A stretch of 52,776 nucleotides of DNA from Candidatus Parcubacteria bacterium (lineage in GTDB: Bacteria > Patescibacteriota > Minisyncoccia > JACPXH01), in the NCBI GenBank assembly GCA_016196625.1, contig JACPXH010000017.1, forward strand, positions 1-52,776. Reading direction: 5' to 3'. The notes under the pieces are model-generated. The model had not been told where the DNA came from, did no database searches, and saw only the letters and a list, made by a program, of their open reading frames with translations. Shown here piece after piece: positions 8,488 through 15,965 of this stretch; positions within the stretch are counted from its first letter, which is position 1; every line of letters begins with the position of its first letter. Made by a program: the position numbers and the translations under genes.

Positions 8488-8575
8488 CAAATCAAACCCA
8501 AAGCTCAAATGTCAAAGTGTTTTGGACTTTGGATTTTGACATTGATTTGGCATTTGGATTTTGTCATTAGTCATT
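8466..8575. repeat. AT-rich imperfect palindromic spacer element
   Basis: 13-nt direct repeat TCAAATGTCAAAG (8466-8478, 8505-8517). 15/16 inverted repeat CCAAATGACAAATCAA (8480-8495) / TTGATTTGGCATTTGG (8542-8557). Ends with GTCATTAGTCATT (8563-8575), also present at 15937-15949. Overlaps the last codons of the upstream CDS. Confidence 0.5.
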
Positions 8576-8582
8576 CCCGCTC

Positions 8583-9728
8583 ATGCGCGTTCTCATGATC
8601 AGTTTAGATCGCGGCCTTCTCGGCGCCCCCGGTGCCGGGGATGTCTTGGCGCGGCACGTCAAATACGGCGAGCGCGTGAACAAGTTCGATATTATCGTTT
8701 TTTCCCCGCGTGGCTTCGTGCCGAAAAACGCAAGCCAGAAAGTGGATATATGGCCCACGAATTCGCGTTTGCGCTTAAGCCGCATTTCTGACGCGTGGCG
8801 AATTGGTTGCGCCATCAGCGAGCGTCACCGGCCGGATTTGATTGTGGCGCAAGATCCGTTATTTACTGGTCTGGTCGGGTTGTGGCTGAAGCGACGGTTC
8901 GCAGTGCCGCTGGTGGTGGATCTGCACGGCGATTTCTGGGGGAACGTGAAGTATTGGCGTGAATCCCCGGTCTATTTTTTCTGCCGGCCGATTATCTCAT
9001 ATGTGGTAAAGCGCGCCGACGGCCTGCGGCCGATTTCTGCGGGTATTGCCGGGGCGCTGCGGCGTTCCGGAATTCCAGACGAACGCTTGGCAGTGATTCC
9101 CACGCCGGTGGCGCTTGACCGGTTTGCCAAGCCGGAGGCGACGGCAATCGAGCGCATTCGAAAGCGCTGGGCTGGGATACCAATCGTGATTTTCGTGGGA
9201 CGCCTCGTGAAAATTAAAAACGTGCCCATGTTGCTTGAGGCTTTCGCGGCGGTGCGTCGTACCCATCGCGCCGCCCTCGTTATGGTCGGCGACGGCCCCG
9301 AACGCGCCGCGCTCGAACGCCGGGCAGCGCGGCTGGGCGTCGCGGCTCAAGTTTCGTTCCTCGGCCGACTCTCTCAGGACGAACTCGCGGCGCTGTACGG
9401 GGCCGCTGCGGTAACGGTGCTCGTTTCCTACGCCGAGAGCTTGGGCAAAGTGTTGATTGAAGCGGGGATGGCCGGCTCGCCCGTCATTGCGACCGCCACG
9501 ACCGGTGCGCAGGATATCGTTTCGGACGGCGAGTCGGGCTGGCTTGTGCCGGTGGGGGACACCGCGGCACTTACCGAACGACTTGCCTGGACGCTCGATC
9601 ATCCAGCGGAGGCGGCTGCGGTCGGCGAGCGGGCGCCGGCAGTGCTGCGTCAAAAGTTCGATCCGGAGACTGTTATCAATAGCATGATCGCGTTTTGGCA
9701 GCGGGTTGTCTCTCAAAAATCCTTATGA
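8583..9728 (+). CDS. GT4-family glycosyltransferase
   Basis: 381 aa. MRVLMISLDRGLLG N-terminus. AESLGKVLIEAGMAGSPVIATATTGAQDIV motif. Confidence 0.85.
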   Translation: MRVLMISLDRGLLGAPGAGDVLARHVKYGERVNKFDIIVFSPRGFVPKNASQKVDIWPTNSRLRLSRISDAWRIGCAISERHRPDLIVAQDPLFTGLVGLWLKRRFAVPLVVDLHGDFWGNVKYWRESPVYFFCRPIISYVVKRADGLRPISAGIAGALRRSGIPDERLAVIPTPVALDRFAKPEATAIERIRKRWAGIPIVIFVGRLVKIKNVPMLLEAFAAVRRTHRAALVMVGDGPERAALERRAARLGVAAQVSFLGRLSQDELAALYGAAAVTVLVSYAESLGKVLIEAGMAGSPVIATATTGAQDIVSDGESGWLVPVGDTAALTERLAWTLDHPAEAAAVGERAPAVLRQKFDPETVINSMIAFWQRVVSQKSL

Positions 9729-9750
9729 ATGGTCGTCTTTCTACGAGAGA

Positions 9751-9917
9751 TCGTTCCGAGAGCCCGGTCGAGACCGGCGTCGCGCAGGCCGAGCGGGCAT
9801 GGCGCCCACCTACATTTTGCTTCACAAAATGTAGGTGGGCGAGTGAGGTCGAGCGAGAGTGCGGCGGTCTCGCTGGGACCGCCGACACGTCCGGACGAGG
9901 CAGGGCTCTCGGAACGA
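9751..9917 (+). repeat. Long nested-hairpin intergenic element (copy B of 3)
   Basis: Perfect 15-bp outer inverted repeat 9751-9765 / 9903-9917 (TCGTTCCGAGAGCCC / GGGCTCTCGGAACGA). Perfect 16-bp central hairpin GCCCACCTACATTTTG (9804-9819), loop CTTCA, CAAAATGTAGGTGGGC (9825-9840). Shares sequence blocks with copies A and C. Confidence 0.65.
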
Positions 9918-9930
9918 CGACCAAACATAC

Positions 9931-10995
9931 ATGAAACTCCTCATGATTACCCGCAAAATTGACCCCGCCGATCCTCGCGCCAGCTTTACCATCGGTTGGG
10001 TTGAGGCCCTCGCGGCGCGCGTGGAGCAGCTCAATGTCATCTGCCAGGAGCGCGGCGCTTGGACCGCGCCCGCGAATGTGCGCGTGTATTCGCTCGGCAA
10101 GGAAATTGGTGCTGGGAAGCTTAGACAACTTTGGCGTCTTCTCCGATTCTGCCAGAGCCTTACCCGCGAGGTGGACGGCGTGTTCTGCCACCAAAACCCC
10201 ATTTACACGATTCTGGTCGCACCGTGGGCGAAACTTCGGCACAAGCGCCTCATTGCGTGGTACACCCATAAATCGGTGGATCTCAAAATGCGCCTCATGC
10301 ACCGGTTTGCTGATGGCGTGCTTACTGCTTCGCCCGAGAGTTTCAGGCTGCAGAGCAAGAAAGTGTGGATTGTCGGCCACGGCATTGATACCGAAATATT
10401 CACGCCGGCGCTTTCGCGGGACGACTCCTCGCGCAGCGGGCGTTTCCGTCTCATTGCGGTCGGCCGTCTTTCACCGGTCAAACGCTATGAGGTTGTAATT
10501 GCGGCACTTGCCGTGCTCCCGGCAGAGGATCGCGCCGGGCTCACGTTTACCATTGTGGGCGATCCCGGCCTGTCGGAACAGCGCAGCTATCGCGATAAGC
10601 TCCGGCGGCTTGCCCGCGAACGGCAGGTGGAATCAATGGTGCAGTTCTTGGGTGGGGTCCCGCACGAAAAGATCTGGGCGACCTACCAAGAAGCCGATGC
10701 GTTTGTGCATACATCTGAGACCGGCAGCATTGATAAGGTGGTGTTGGAGGCCATGGCGTGCGGTTTGCCAGTGGTGAGCTCCTCCGAGGCATTTCGGGCC
10801 ATGCTCGCGCCTTGGAGGCAACTCTTGGTGTTTGAGCCAGCGAGTGCCTACGAGTTGGCAGAGCGCGTGAGCCAGTTGCGTCGGCTTACGCCAACGGAAC
10901 GGCGCGAGCTGGGCAGCCGTCTGCGTGAAATTGTGGTTCGCCAACACAACCTCGCAACATTAGCAGTTCGCATTTTGAAAGCGTTTTCAGTATGA
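9931..10995 (+). CDS. GT4-family glycosyltransferase
   Basis: Start moved to ATG 9931 (MKLLMITRKIDPADP) because ORF-track start 9859 lies inside the palindromic element. C-terminal ETGSIDKVVLEAMACGLPVVSS motif. Confidence 0.8.
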   Translation: MKLLMITRKIDPADPRASFTIGWVEALAARVEQLNVICQERGAWTAPANVRVYSLGKEIGAGKLRQLWRLLRFCQSLTREVDGVFCHQNPIYTILVAPWAKLRHKRLIAWYTHKSVDLKMRLMHRFADGVLTASPESFRLQSKKVWIVGHGIDTEIFTPALSRDDSSRSGRFRLIAVGRLSPVKRYEVVIAALAVLPAEDRAGLTFTIVGDPGLSEQRSYRDKLRRLARERQVESMVQFLGGVPHEKIWATYQEADAFVHTSETGSIDKVVLEAMACGLPVVSSSEAFRAMLAPWRQLLVFEPASAYELAERVSQLRRLTPTERRELGSRLREIVVRQHNLATLAVRILKAFSV

Positions 10996-12059
10996 CTCGT
11001 CAGCCGACCATCTGTACGTTTGGTATCTTTAATCCCGGCTACTCGCGTAGCCGCATGATGCGACTTGGCCTCGAGAGCTTTGGTTGCCGCGTGGTGATCG
11101 TTCAAGACAGAACGCCCGGCTGGCGCAAATACGTCAATCTGCGACGTAAGCTCAAAACGGCTGCCAATCAGTTCGACGTGCTCCTCGTTTGTTTCCCCGG
11201 TCAGACCGCGATGGTGTTGGCGCGCCTGACCAGCTTGAAGCCCGTCATCTTCGATGCGTTTACGTCGCTCTATGATTCCGACGTATACGATCGAGCGGTG
11301 GTGGCGCCATTCGGTTGGGGAGCGCTCTGGCGGTTCTGCCTGGACTTTCTTTCTTTGCACCTCGCTGATTTCGTGCTCGTCGACACGGAAGCGCAACGGC
11401 GGTACTATGTTCGCACCTTCAAGCTCAAGCCCGAACGGATCGGCGTGGTGCCGGTGGGATCGGTGGAAGGCATCATGCAGCCCCAGCCTCTGGCGAACCG
11501 TCAGCCCGGTGAGCCAGTCCTCGTGCACTTCCACGGGAATTTTATTCCGCTTCAAGGAGTGGCGGTAATTCTTGGCGCGGCTCGGCTGCTTAACACCGAG
11601 CCCATTCGCTTTCAGATCATTGGTCGCGGGCAGCAGTATGACCAGATGCGAGTTCAAGCCCGGGCCTCGCAGCTTACGAACGTGAGTTTTCTCGAGCCGG
11701 TACCGTATGAGGAACTTCCTCGGTGGATGGCGCAGGCTGACATTTGTTTGGGGATTTTTGGCGCCACTCCCAAGTCAAGCCGGGTGGTGCCAAACAAAGC
11801 CTTTGAGGCTTTGGCTTGCCGCCGGCCGCTCATCACCCAAGATTCGCCGGCCAGTCGCGAGATTCTTGTGTCCGGCGTGCATGCGCTGCTTATACCCGCC
11901 AATGATCCGGCCGCGCTCGCCGCAGCCATCCGGCAGCTGGCGGCCGATCCGGCACTGCGGGAGCGTTTGGCCGCAGCTGGCCATGAGTTATTTTGTCGGG
12001 AGTTGACGACCGTTCGAATTGGCGAGCGCCTGAAGCCGTTCGTTGAGCGCTTCCTATGA
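10992..12059 (+). CDS. GT-B fold glycosyltransferase (GT1/GT4-like)
   Basis: 355 aa. ATGA overlap with the upstream stop. C-terminal VPNKAFEALACRRPLITQDSPASREILVSGVHALLIP resembles the donor-binding half of GT-B enzymes. The N-terminal half is less diagnostic. Confidence 0.7.
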   Translation: MTRQPTICTFGIFNPGYSRSRMMRLGLESFGCRVVIVQDRTPGWRKYVNLRRKLKTAANQFDVLLVCFPGQTAMVLARLTSLKPVIFDAFTSLYDSDVYDRAVVAPFGWGALWRFCLDFLSLHLADFVLVDTEAQRRYYVRTFKLKPERIGVVPVGSVEGIMQPQPLANRQPGEPVLVHFHGNFIPLQGVAVILGAARLLNTEPIRFQIIGRGQQYDQMRVQARASQLTNVSFLEPVPYEELPRWMAQADICLGIFGATPKSSRVVPNKAFEALACRRPLITQDSPASREILVSGVHALLIPANDPAALAAAIRQLAADPALRERLAAAGHELFCRELTTVRIGERLKPFVERFL

Positions 12060-13696
12060 CCAGAGAACGCATTTCGCGGGTACTGATCGCGATTCTGATC
12101 GGAGCCTTCCTGCTTCGGGTGGTCGGCTTGCAGTATGGGTTGCCGTACCGGCTCGTGGGCGACGAAGAGTCGTACGTGGGCGGAGCGCTCAAGATGTTGG
12201 AACTCAAGACGTTTATCCCGGCCTTCGCCGGGCCCGGTTTTGAGCCGTTCTACTTGCCGCCGGTCATGTACTACGCGCTCCTGCCGGTGTTTCTGGCGGT
12301 GCTCGGCGTGCAGTACCTTACCTCTGGCGCCGGCAGCCTGGCGGTATTGCGCGATTCTATAGCGCTCGATCCCACGTGGATATGGCTTTCGGCAAGAGTC
12401 ATGTCCGTGTTCATGGGCACGGTGAGTGTGTGGCTCGTTTATATAATCGGTCGCGATCTCATCTCGTCCCGCGCCGGACTTTTTGCCGCGGCGCTCTTGG
12501 CAACGAGTTTCATGGCCAGCAGTATTTCGCACTTTGCGCGCCACTGGGTGCCAGCGCTCTTGGTGGTGTTGCTGGCGCTTTGGGCAAGCAGCCGGTTGCT
12601 CACCGCTTCCCCAGGGCATAGCCGACGATGGTATCTTTGGATTGGGGTTTTCGCCGGTCTCGGTTTTGGCGTGAATTACGTTCCAATGCTTGCGCTCCTG
12701 TTGCTTTTTGCCGCGCATCTGCTAAAACACGGCGGCACCCTCTGGACGAAACTTCGTTCGCGAACGCTCTGGGCGGCCGTTGGCATTGCCGCGGCTATAG
12801 GTGTCGCCATCGTGCTGCTCCATCCGAACGCGTTCTTTCGGATTTTAGTGGGTGAAGCGGGCTCGTTCTCTGTTCATAAATCTGCGTCGGCCTTCGCCGG
12901 AGGGTTACGCTATTATGGCCAGGCCCTCATCGTCTATGAGCCGGCGCTGGTTATCTTCGGTCTCCTTGGTTTTGGTTACCTCTTCTTTGCTCGGCGCCGC
13001 ATTTTTTGGTTCTTGGCGCCCTTCATGCTTGTCTATCTTGCTGCGCTTTACCTTTTCTTCCACGATGAAGTGCGCTATGTGTTGCTACTTGTGCCGTTTC
13101 TGGCGCTTGCCGGCGCTGCTGTCCTTGATTGGTTTTGGAGTCGATCGCCGACGTTCGCGTTTACGCTCGTGGTGGCAGCGCTCGCTTTTTCCGGAGTCAC
13201 TGCTGCACGCCTCGATTTTTTACTGCTGCAAGACGACACCAGGTTGCTGGCCAAGGCATTCGTGGAAAACAACATACCTGTTGGTGCGGCAATTTTGACC
13301 ACCGTGCGCGAGGTCCGACTTACCCCGACCCGAGCAAGTTTGGAGGCCCAAGCGCTGCTAGATCCCGCATCGCTGCGCGCCCCGGAGCGAGCGCTGTTGA
13401 GGCGCCCTGAAGACACTTGGCCCACCCCCCGTTTTGCCACGTTCAACGCCCACTTTGTCGCCCCGGAACAGCGGCCGGCATTCGAGGCGTCTCAATTTCA
13501 GTATGTGCTTTTGCAGTACCGCACGCCCGCCGACCTAGCCGAAGCATTTAAAGCCTTGCGTGAGCGTTCCGAGCTGGTGAAAAGCTTTATCGGTTCGCCC
13601 GATGTACTTGGCAACGACATCACTTCGCCCGCAACTCTCTTTTCGCTCAAGCGTCTGGGGCCAACCATGGAGTTGCGTGTTCTGAAAGCGCTATGA
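12056..13696 (+). CDS. GT-C fold membrane glycosyltransferase (PMT/ArnT-like)
   Basis: 546 aa, polytopic. The first loop carries the acidic motif LVGDEESYVGGALKM after TM1, as in ArnT/PMT-type enzymes. Soluble C-terminal about 150 aa. ATGA overlap at both ends. Confidence 0.65.
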   Translation: MTRERISRVLIAILIGAFLLRVVGLQYGLPYRLVGDEESYVGGALKMLELKTFIPAFAGPGFEPFYLPPVMYYALLPVFLAVLGVQYLTSGAGSLAVLRDSIALDPTWIWLSARVMSVFMGTVSVWLVYIIGRDLISSRAGLFAAALLATSFMASSISHFARHWVPALLVVLLALWASSRLLTASPGHSRRWYLWIGVFAGLGFGVNYVPMLALLLLFAAHLLKHGGTLWTKLRSRTLWAAVGIAAAIGVAIVLLHPNAFFRILVGEAGSFSVHKSASAFAGGLRYYGQALIVYEPALVIFGLLGFGYLFFARRRIFWFLAPFMLVYLAALYLFFHDEVRYVLLLVPFLALAGAAVLDWFWSRSPTFAFTLVVAALAFSGVTAARLDFLLLQDDTRLLAKAFVENNIPVGAAILTTVREVRLTPTRASLEAQALLDPASLRAPERALLRRPEDTWPTPRFATFNAHFVAPEQRPAFEASQFQYVLLQYRTPADLAEAFKALRERSELVKSFIGSPDVLGNDITSPATLFSLKRLGPTMELRVLKAL

Positions 13697-14847
13697 AAAT
13701 GCTCTACATCGCGAACGCTCGGATTCCCACGGAAAAAGCCCACGGGATCCAGATTATGAAGACGGCCGAAGCGTTTGCCGCGGCGGGCGTTGGAGTTGAG
13801 CTCGTGCTCCCGCGTCGGCACAACCGCTTCAAGGGGTTGGACCCTTTTGCGTATTACGGGCTCAACCGCCGGTTCCCGATCCGTTTCCTTCCGTCGCTCG
13901 ATGTAACCCGGCTGCGACTGTTCGGGCATCCGGCGTTCGTGCTCCAACAGATCAGTTTTTCGTTCATCGTTGCCGTCTGGCTCTTGGGGCAGCGCGCGGA
14001 CGTATACTACTTTCGAGATCTCCTGGCTGCGTCTTGGTTCAGCCGGCTTTGCCGGCGCGGTGCGGTTGGTGTCGAGATCCATAGTGTTTCCCCTCGGCGC
14101 GCGCGGTTCTACCGAGCACTCAGCTTCCGGGTTGGGCGGCTGGTCGCCATTTCGCACGGGGTGCAAGACGCCCTTCTGGTCTGCGGGGTCGCGGCCGAAA
14201 AGATTACGGTGGCGCCAGACGGCGTTGATCTTGCTTCTTTCGAGCGGACGCTGAACCGCGCCGAAGCGCGGACGATGCTGAATTTGCCGGCTCACGCACA
14301 CCTCGTCGTCTATGCCGGCAACCTGTTTCCGTGGAAAGGGGTGGATACCCTTATCGAAGCGACACCCGACCTGCCGGAAGGTACCGAGGTTATCTTCGTG
14401 GGTGGTTCGCCCGACCAGCTTGCGCGCGCGCGCCGCTTCGTGCAGAGCCGCGCGATCGATCACGTGCAGTTCGTGGGCCACCAACTGCCCACCGATGTGC
14501 CACAGTACCTGGCCGCAGCTGACGTGCTCGTGCTGCCTACGAGCGCCCGAGAACCGATCGGCGCCCGCTTTACGTCTCCGCTCAAGCTCTTCGAATACAT
14601 GGCTGTCGGGCGGCCCATCGTGGCATCCGACGTGCCATCGAGCCGCGAGGTGCTTACTGGAGAGACCGCAATTTTTGTCCGGGCTGATAGCCCCAGCAGT
14701 CTGGCCGAAGGCATCGGGCGAGCCTTGCGCGACCCAGAGTTTTCTGCCAAGATTTCTAAGAAAGCGCATGAAGTTGTCAAGTCGTATAGCTGGGCAAACC
14801 GCGTTCGATTCATCCTTGCTTCGTTCGATAATGAGGCAACGAGATAA
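13693..14847 (+). CDS. GT4-family glycosyltransferase
   Basis: 384 aa. MKMLYIANARIPTEKAHGIQIMK N-terminus. C-terminal SPLKLFEYMAVGRPIVASDVPSSREVL. Confidence 0.85.
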   Translation: MKMLYIANARIPTEKAHGIQIMKTAEAFAAAGVGVELVLPRRHNRFKGLDPFAYYGLNRRFPIRFLPSLDVTRLRLFGHPAFVLQQISFSFIVAVWLLGQRADVYYFRDLLAASWFSRLCRRGAVGVEIHSVSPRRARFYRALSFRVGRLVAISHGVQDALLVCGVAAEKITVAPDGVDLASFERTLNRAEARTMLNLPAHAHLVVYAGNLFPWKGVDTLIEATPDLPEGTEVIFVGGSPDQLARARRFVQSRAIDHVQFVGHQLPTDVPQYLAAADVLVLPTSAREPIGARFTSPLKLFEYMAVGRPIVASDVPSSREVLTGETAIFVRADSPSSLAEGIGRALRDPEFSAKISKKAHEVVKSYSWANRVRFILASFDNEATR

Positions 14848-14861
14848 CTAGCCAACCATCA

Positions 14862-15803
14862 ATGAAGTTTTCCATCGTCATCCCGGTTTACAACGAAGCA
14901 GAAAACCTCCGGCCGCTCGCTGAGGCGCTCGCGAGAGTACTCAATTCCCTGACATCCGATTGGGAGTGCTTTTTCGTGGATGACGGATCGCTCGATCAAA
15001 GTTACGCGGAGCTGCGCGAGCTCGCGCATAGCGAAGTGCGTTTCAAGGCGGTTCGGTTGCAGCGCAACTACGGTCAGACCGCAGCGATCGCGGCTGGCGT
15101 TGAGCGGGCGCGCGGCGAAATTATCATCCTCATGGACGCAGATCTGCAGAACGATCCGGAAGATATTCCGCGAATGCTGCAAAAACTTGATGAGGGTTTT
15201 GATATTGTTTCTGGCTGGCGGCGTAAGCGCCACGACGAGTTTTTCAAGCGACTCTTGCCGTCGTGGCTTGCGAATGCGCTCATTTCTCGGGTTACGGGCG
15301 TCAAACTTCACGATTATGGCTGTACGCTTAAGGCCTATCGGGCGGAGTTTTTGAAGGGCATTGAGCTTTACGGCGAGATGCACCGGTTCTTGCCGGCCTA
15401 CGGTGCGAGCTTGGGCGCGCGCATCGCCGAAATCGAAGTGCGCCACCATCCGCGCCGGCATGGTGTATCAAAGTACGGATTGGGGCGCACCCTCCTCGTT
15501 CTCGTGGACCTCTTGGTGTTTCGTTTCATCACGCAATATGCCACCAAACCTATGCACTTTTTTGGTCGAGCTGCCACCTGGATGGCGGGGCTTGGCACCG
15601 CAACTGCGCTACTCGCCGTCTACTTCAAGGTGACGGGAGAAAAAGATTTTGTGGAAACGCCCCTGCCGCTCCTTACCGCATTCTTTCTGCTCGTCGGGCT
15701 GCAGTTTCTCCTCATGGGTCTTTTGGCAGAAGTCATCACCCGCACCTGGCACGAGTCGCAAGGAAAGCAGATTTATCGGATCCGGGAGACAATGAATATC
15801 TGA
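14862..15803 (+). CDS. GT2 polyprenyl-phosphate glycosyltransferase (GtrB/ArnC/Dpm1-like)
   Basis: FSIVIPVYNEAENL, FVDDGSLDQS and MDADLQNDP (DxD) motifs. Two C-terminal TM helices (LLVLVDLLVFRFI; LLTAFFLLVGLQFLLMGLLAEVI), typical of lipid-phosphate sugar synthases. Confidence 0.85.
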   Translation: MKFSIVIPVYNEAENLRPLAEALARVLNSLTSDWECFFVDDGSLDQSYAELRELAHSEVRFKAVRLQRNYGQTAAIAAGVERARGEIIILMDADLQNDPEDIPRMLQKLDEGFDIVSGWRRKRHDEFFKRLLPSWLANALISRVTGVKLHDYGCTLKAYRAEFLKGIELYGEMHRFLPAYGASLGARIAEIEVRHHPRRHGVSKYGLGRTLLVLVDLLVFRFITQYATKPMHFFGRAATWMAGLGTATALLAVYFKVTGEKDFVETPLPLLTAFFLLVGLQFLLMGLLAEVITRTWHESQGKQIYRIRETMNI

Positions 15804-15856
15804 ACTCCTTTTGTCCCGCGAGAATAAATGAGGCCACAGAGATTCCTGTCAATGTC

Positions 15857-15949
15857 TAATGCCTAATTTCTAATATCGAAGCGAATTTCGATTTTTTGAT
15901 GTCGTGTCATTTGCCGTCATCGTTTATTAGAAATTAGTCATTAGTCATT
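15857..15949. repeat. AT-rich palindromic spacer element
   Basis: 17/18 inverted repeat TAATGCCTAATTTCTAAT (15857-15874) / ATTAGAAATTAGTCATTA (15926-15943). It encloses a small hairpin. GTCATTAGTCATT (15937-15949) is shared with 8563-8575. Confidence 0.5.
15875..15897 (+). terminator. Weak intrinsic-terminator-like hairpin plus T-tract
   Basis: ATCGAA-GCGAAT-TTCGAT (6-bp stem) followed by TTTTT, 72 nt after the GT2 stop codon. The stem is short and AT-rich. Confidence 0.3.
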
Positions 15950-15965
15950 AGAAATTCCAACTGAT

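Noticed and set aside
8466-8575. Possible short CRISPR-like array (13-nt repeat spaced 39 nt apart).
   Set aside because: There are only two direct copies, and the repeat is far shorter than CRISPR repeats. The unit is embedded in an imperfect palindrome, and no cas genes are present in the window.
9751-9917. Integron attC-like recombination sites separating gene cassettes.
   Set aside because: The outer arms do not resemble the RYYYAAC/GTTRRRY core sites. There are only three elements in 52 kb, flanking genes are translationally coupled operon members rather than promoterless cassettes, and no integrase is present.
11654-14769. Long antisense ORFs (11654..12718 -, 354 aa; 13498..14769 -, 423 aa). 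Similar cases are 8997..9716 -, 20759..21328 -, 21332..22045 -, 40674..41576 +, 42383..43021 - and 47651..48271 -.
   Set aside because: All lie opposite strongly motif-supported genes and are rich in Arg/Pro/Gly/His, as expected for reverse frames of GC-rich coding DNA. They have no recognisable motifs. They are treated as stop-codon-poor artefacts.
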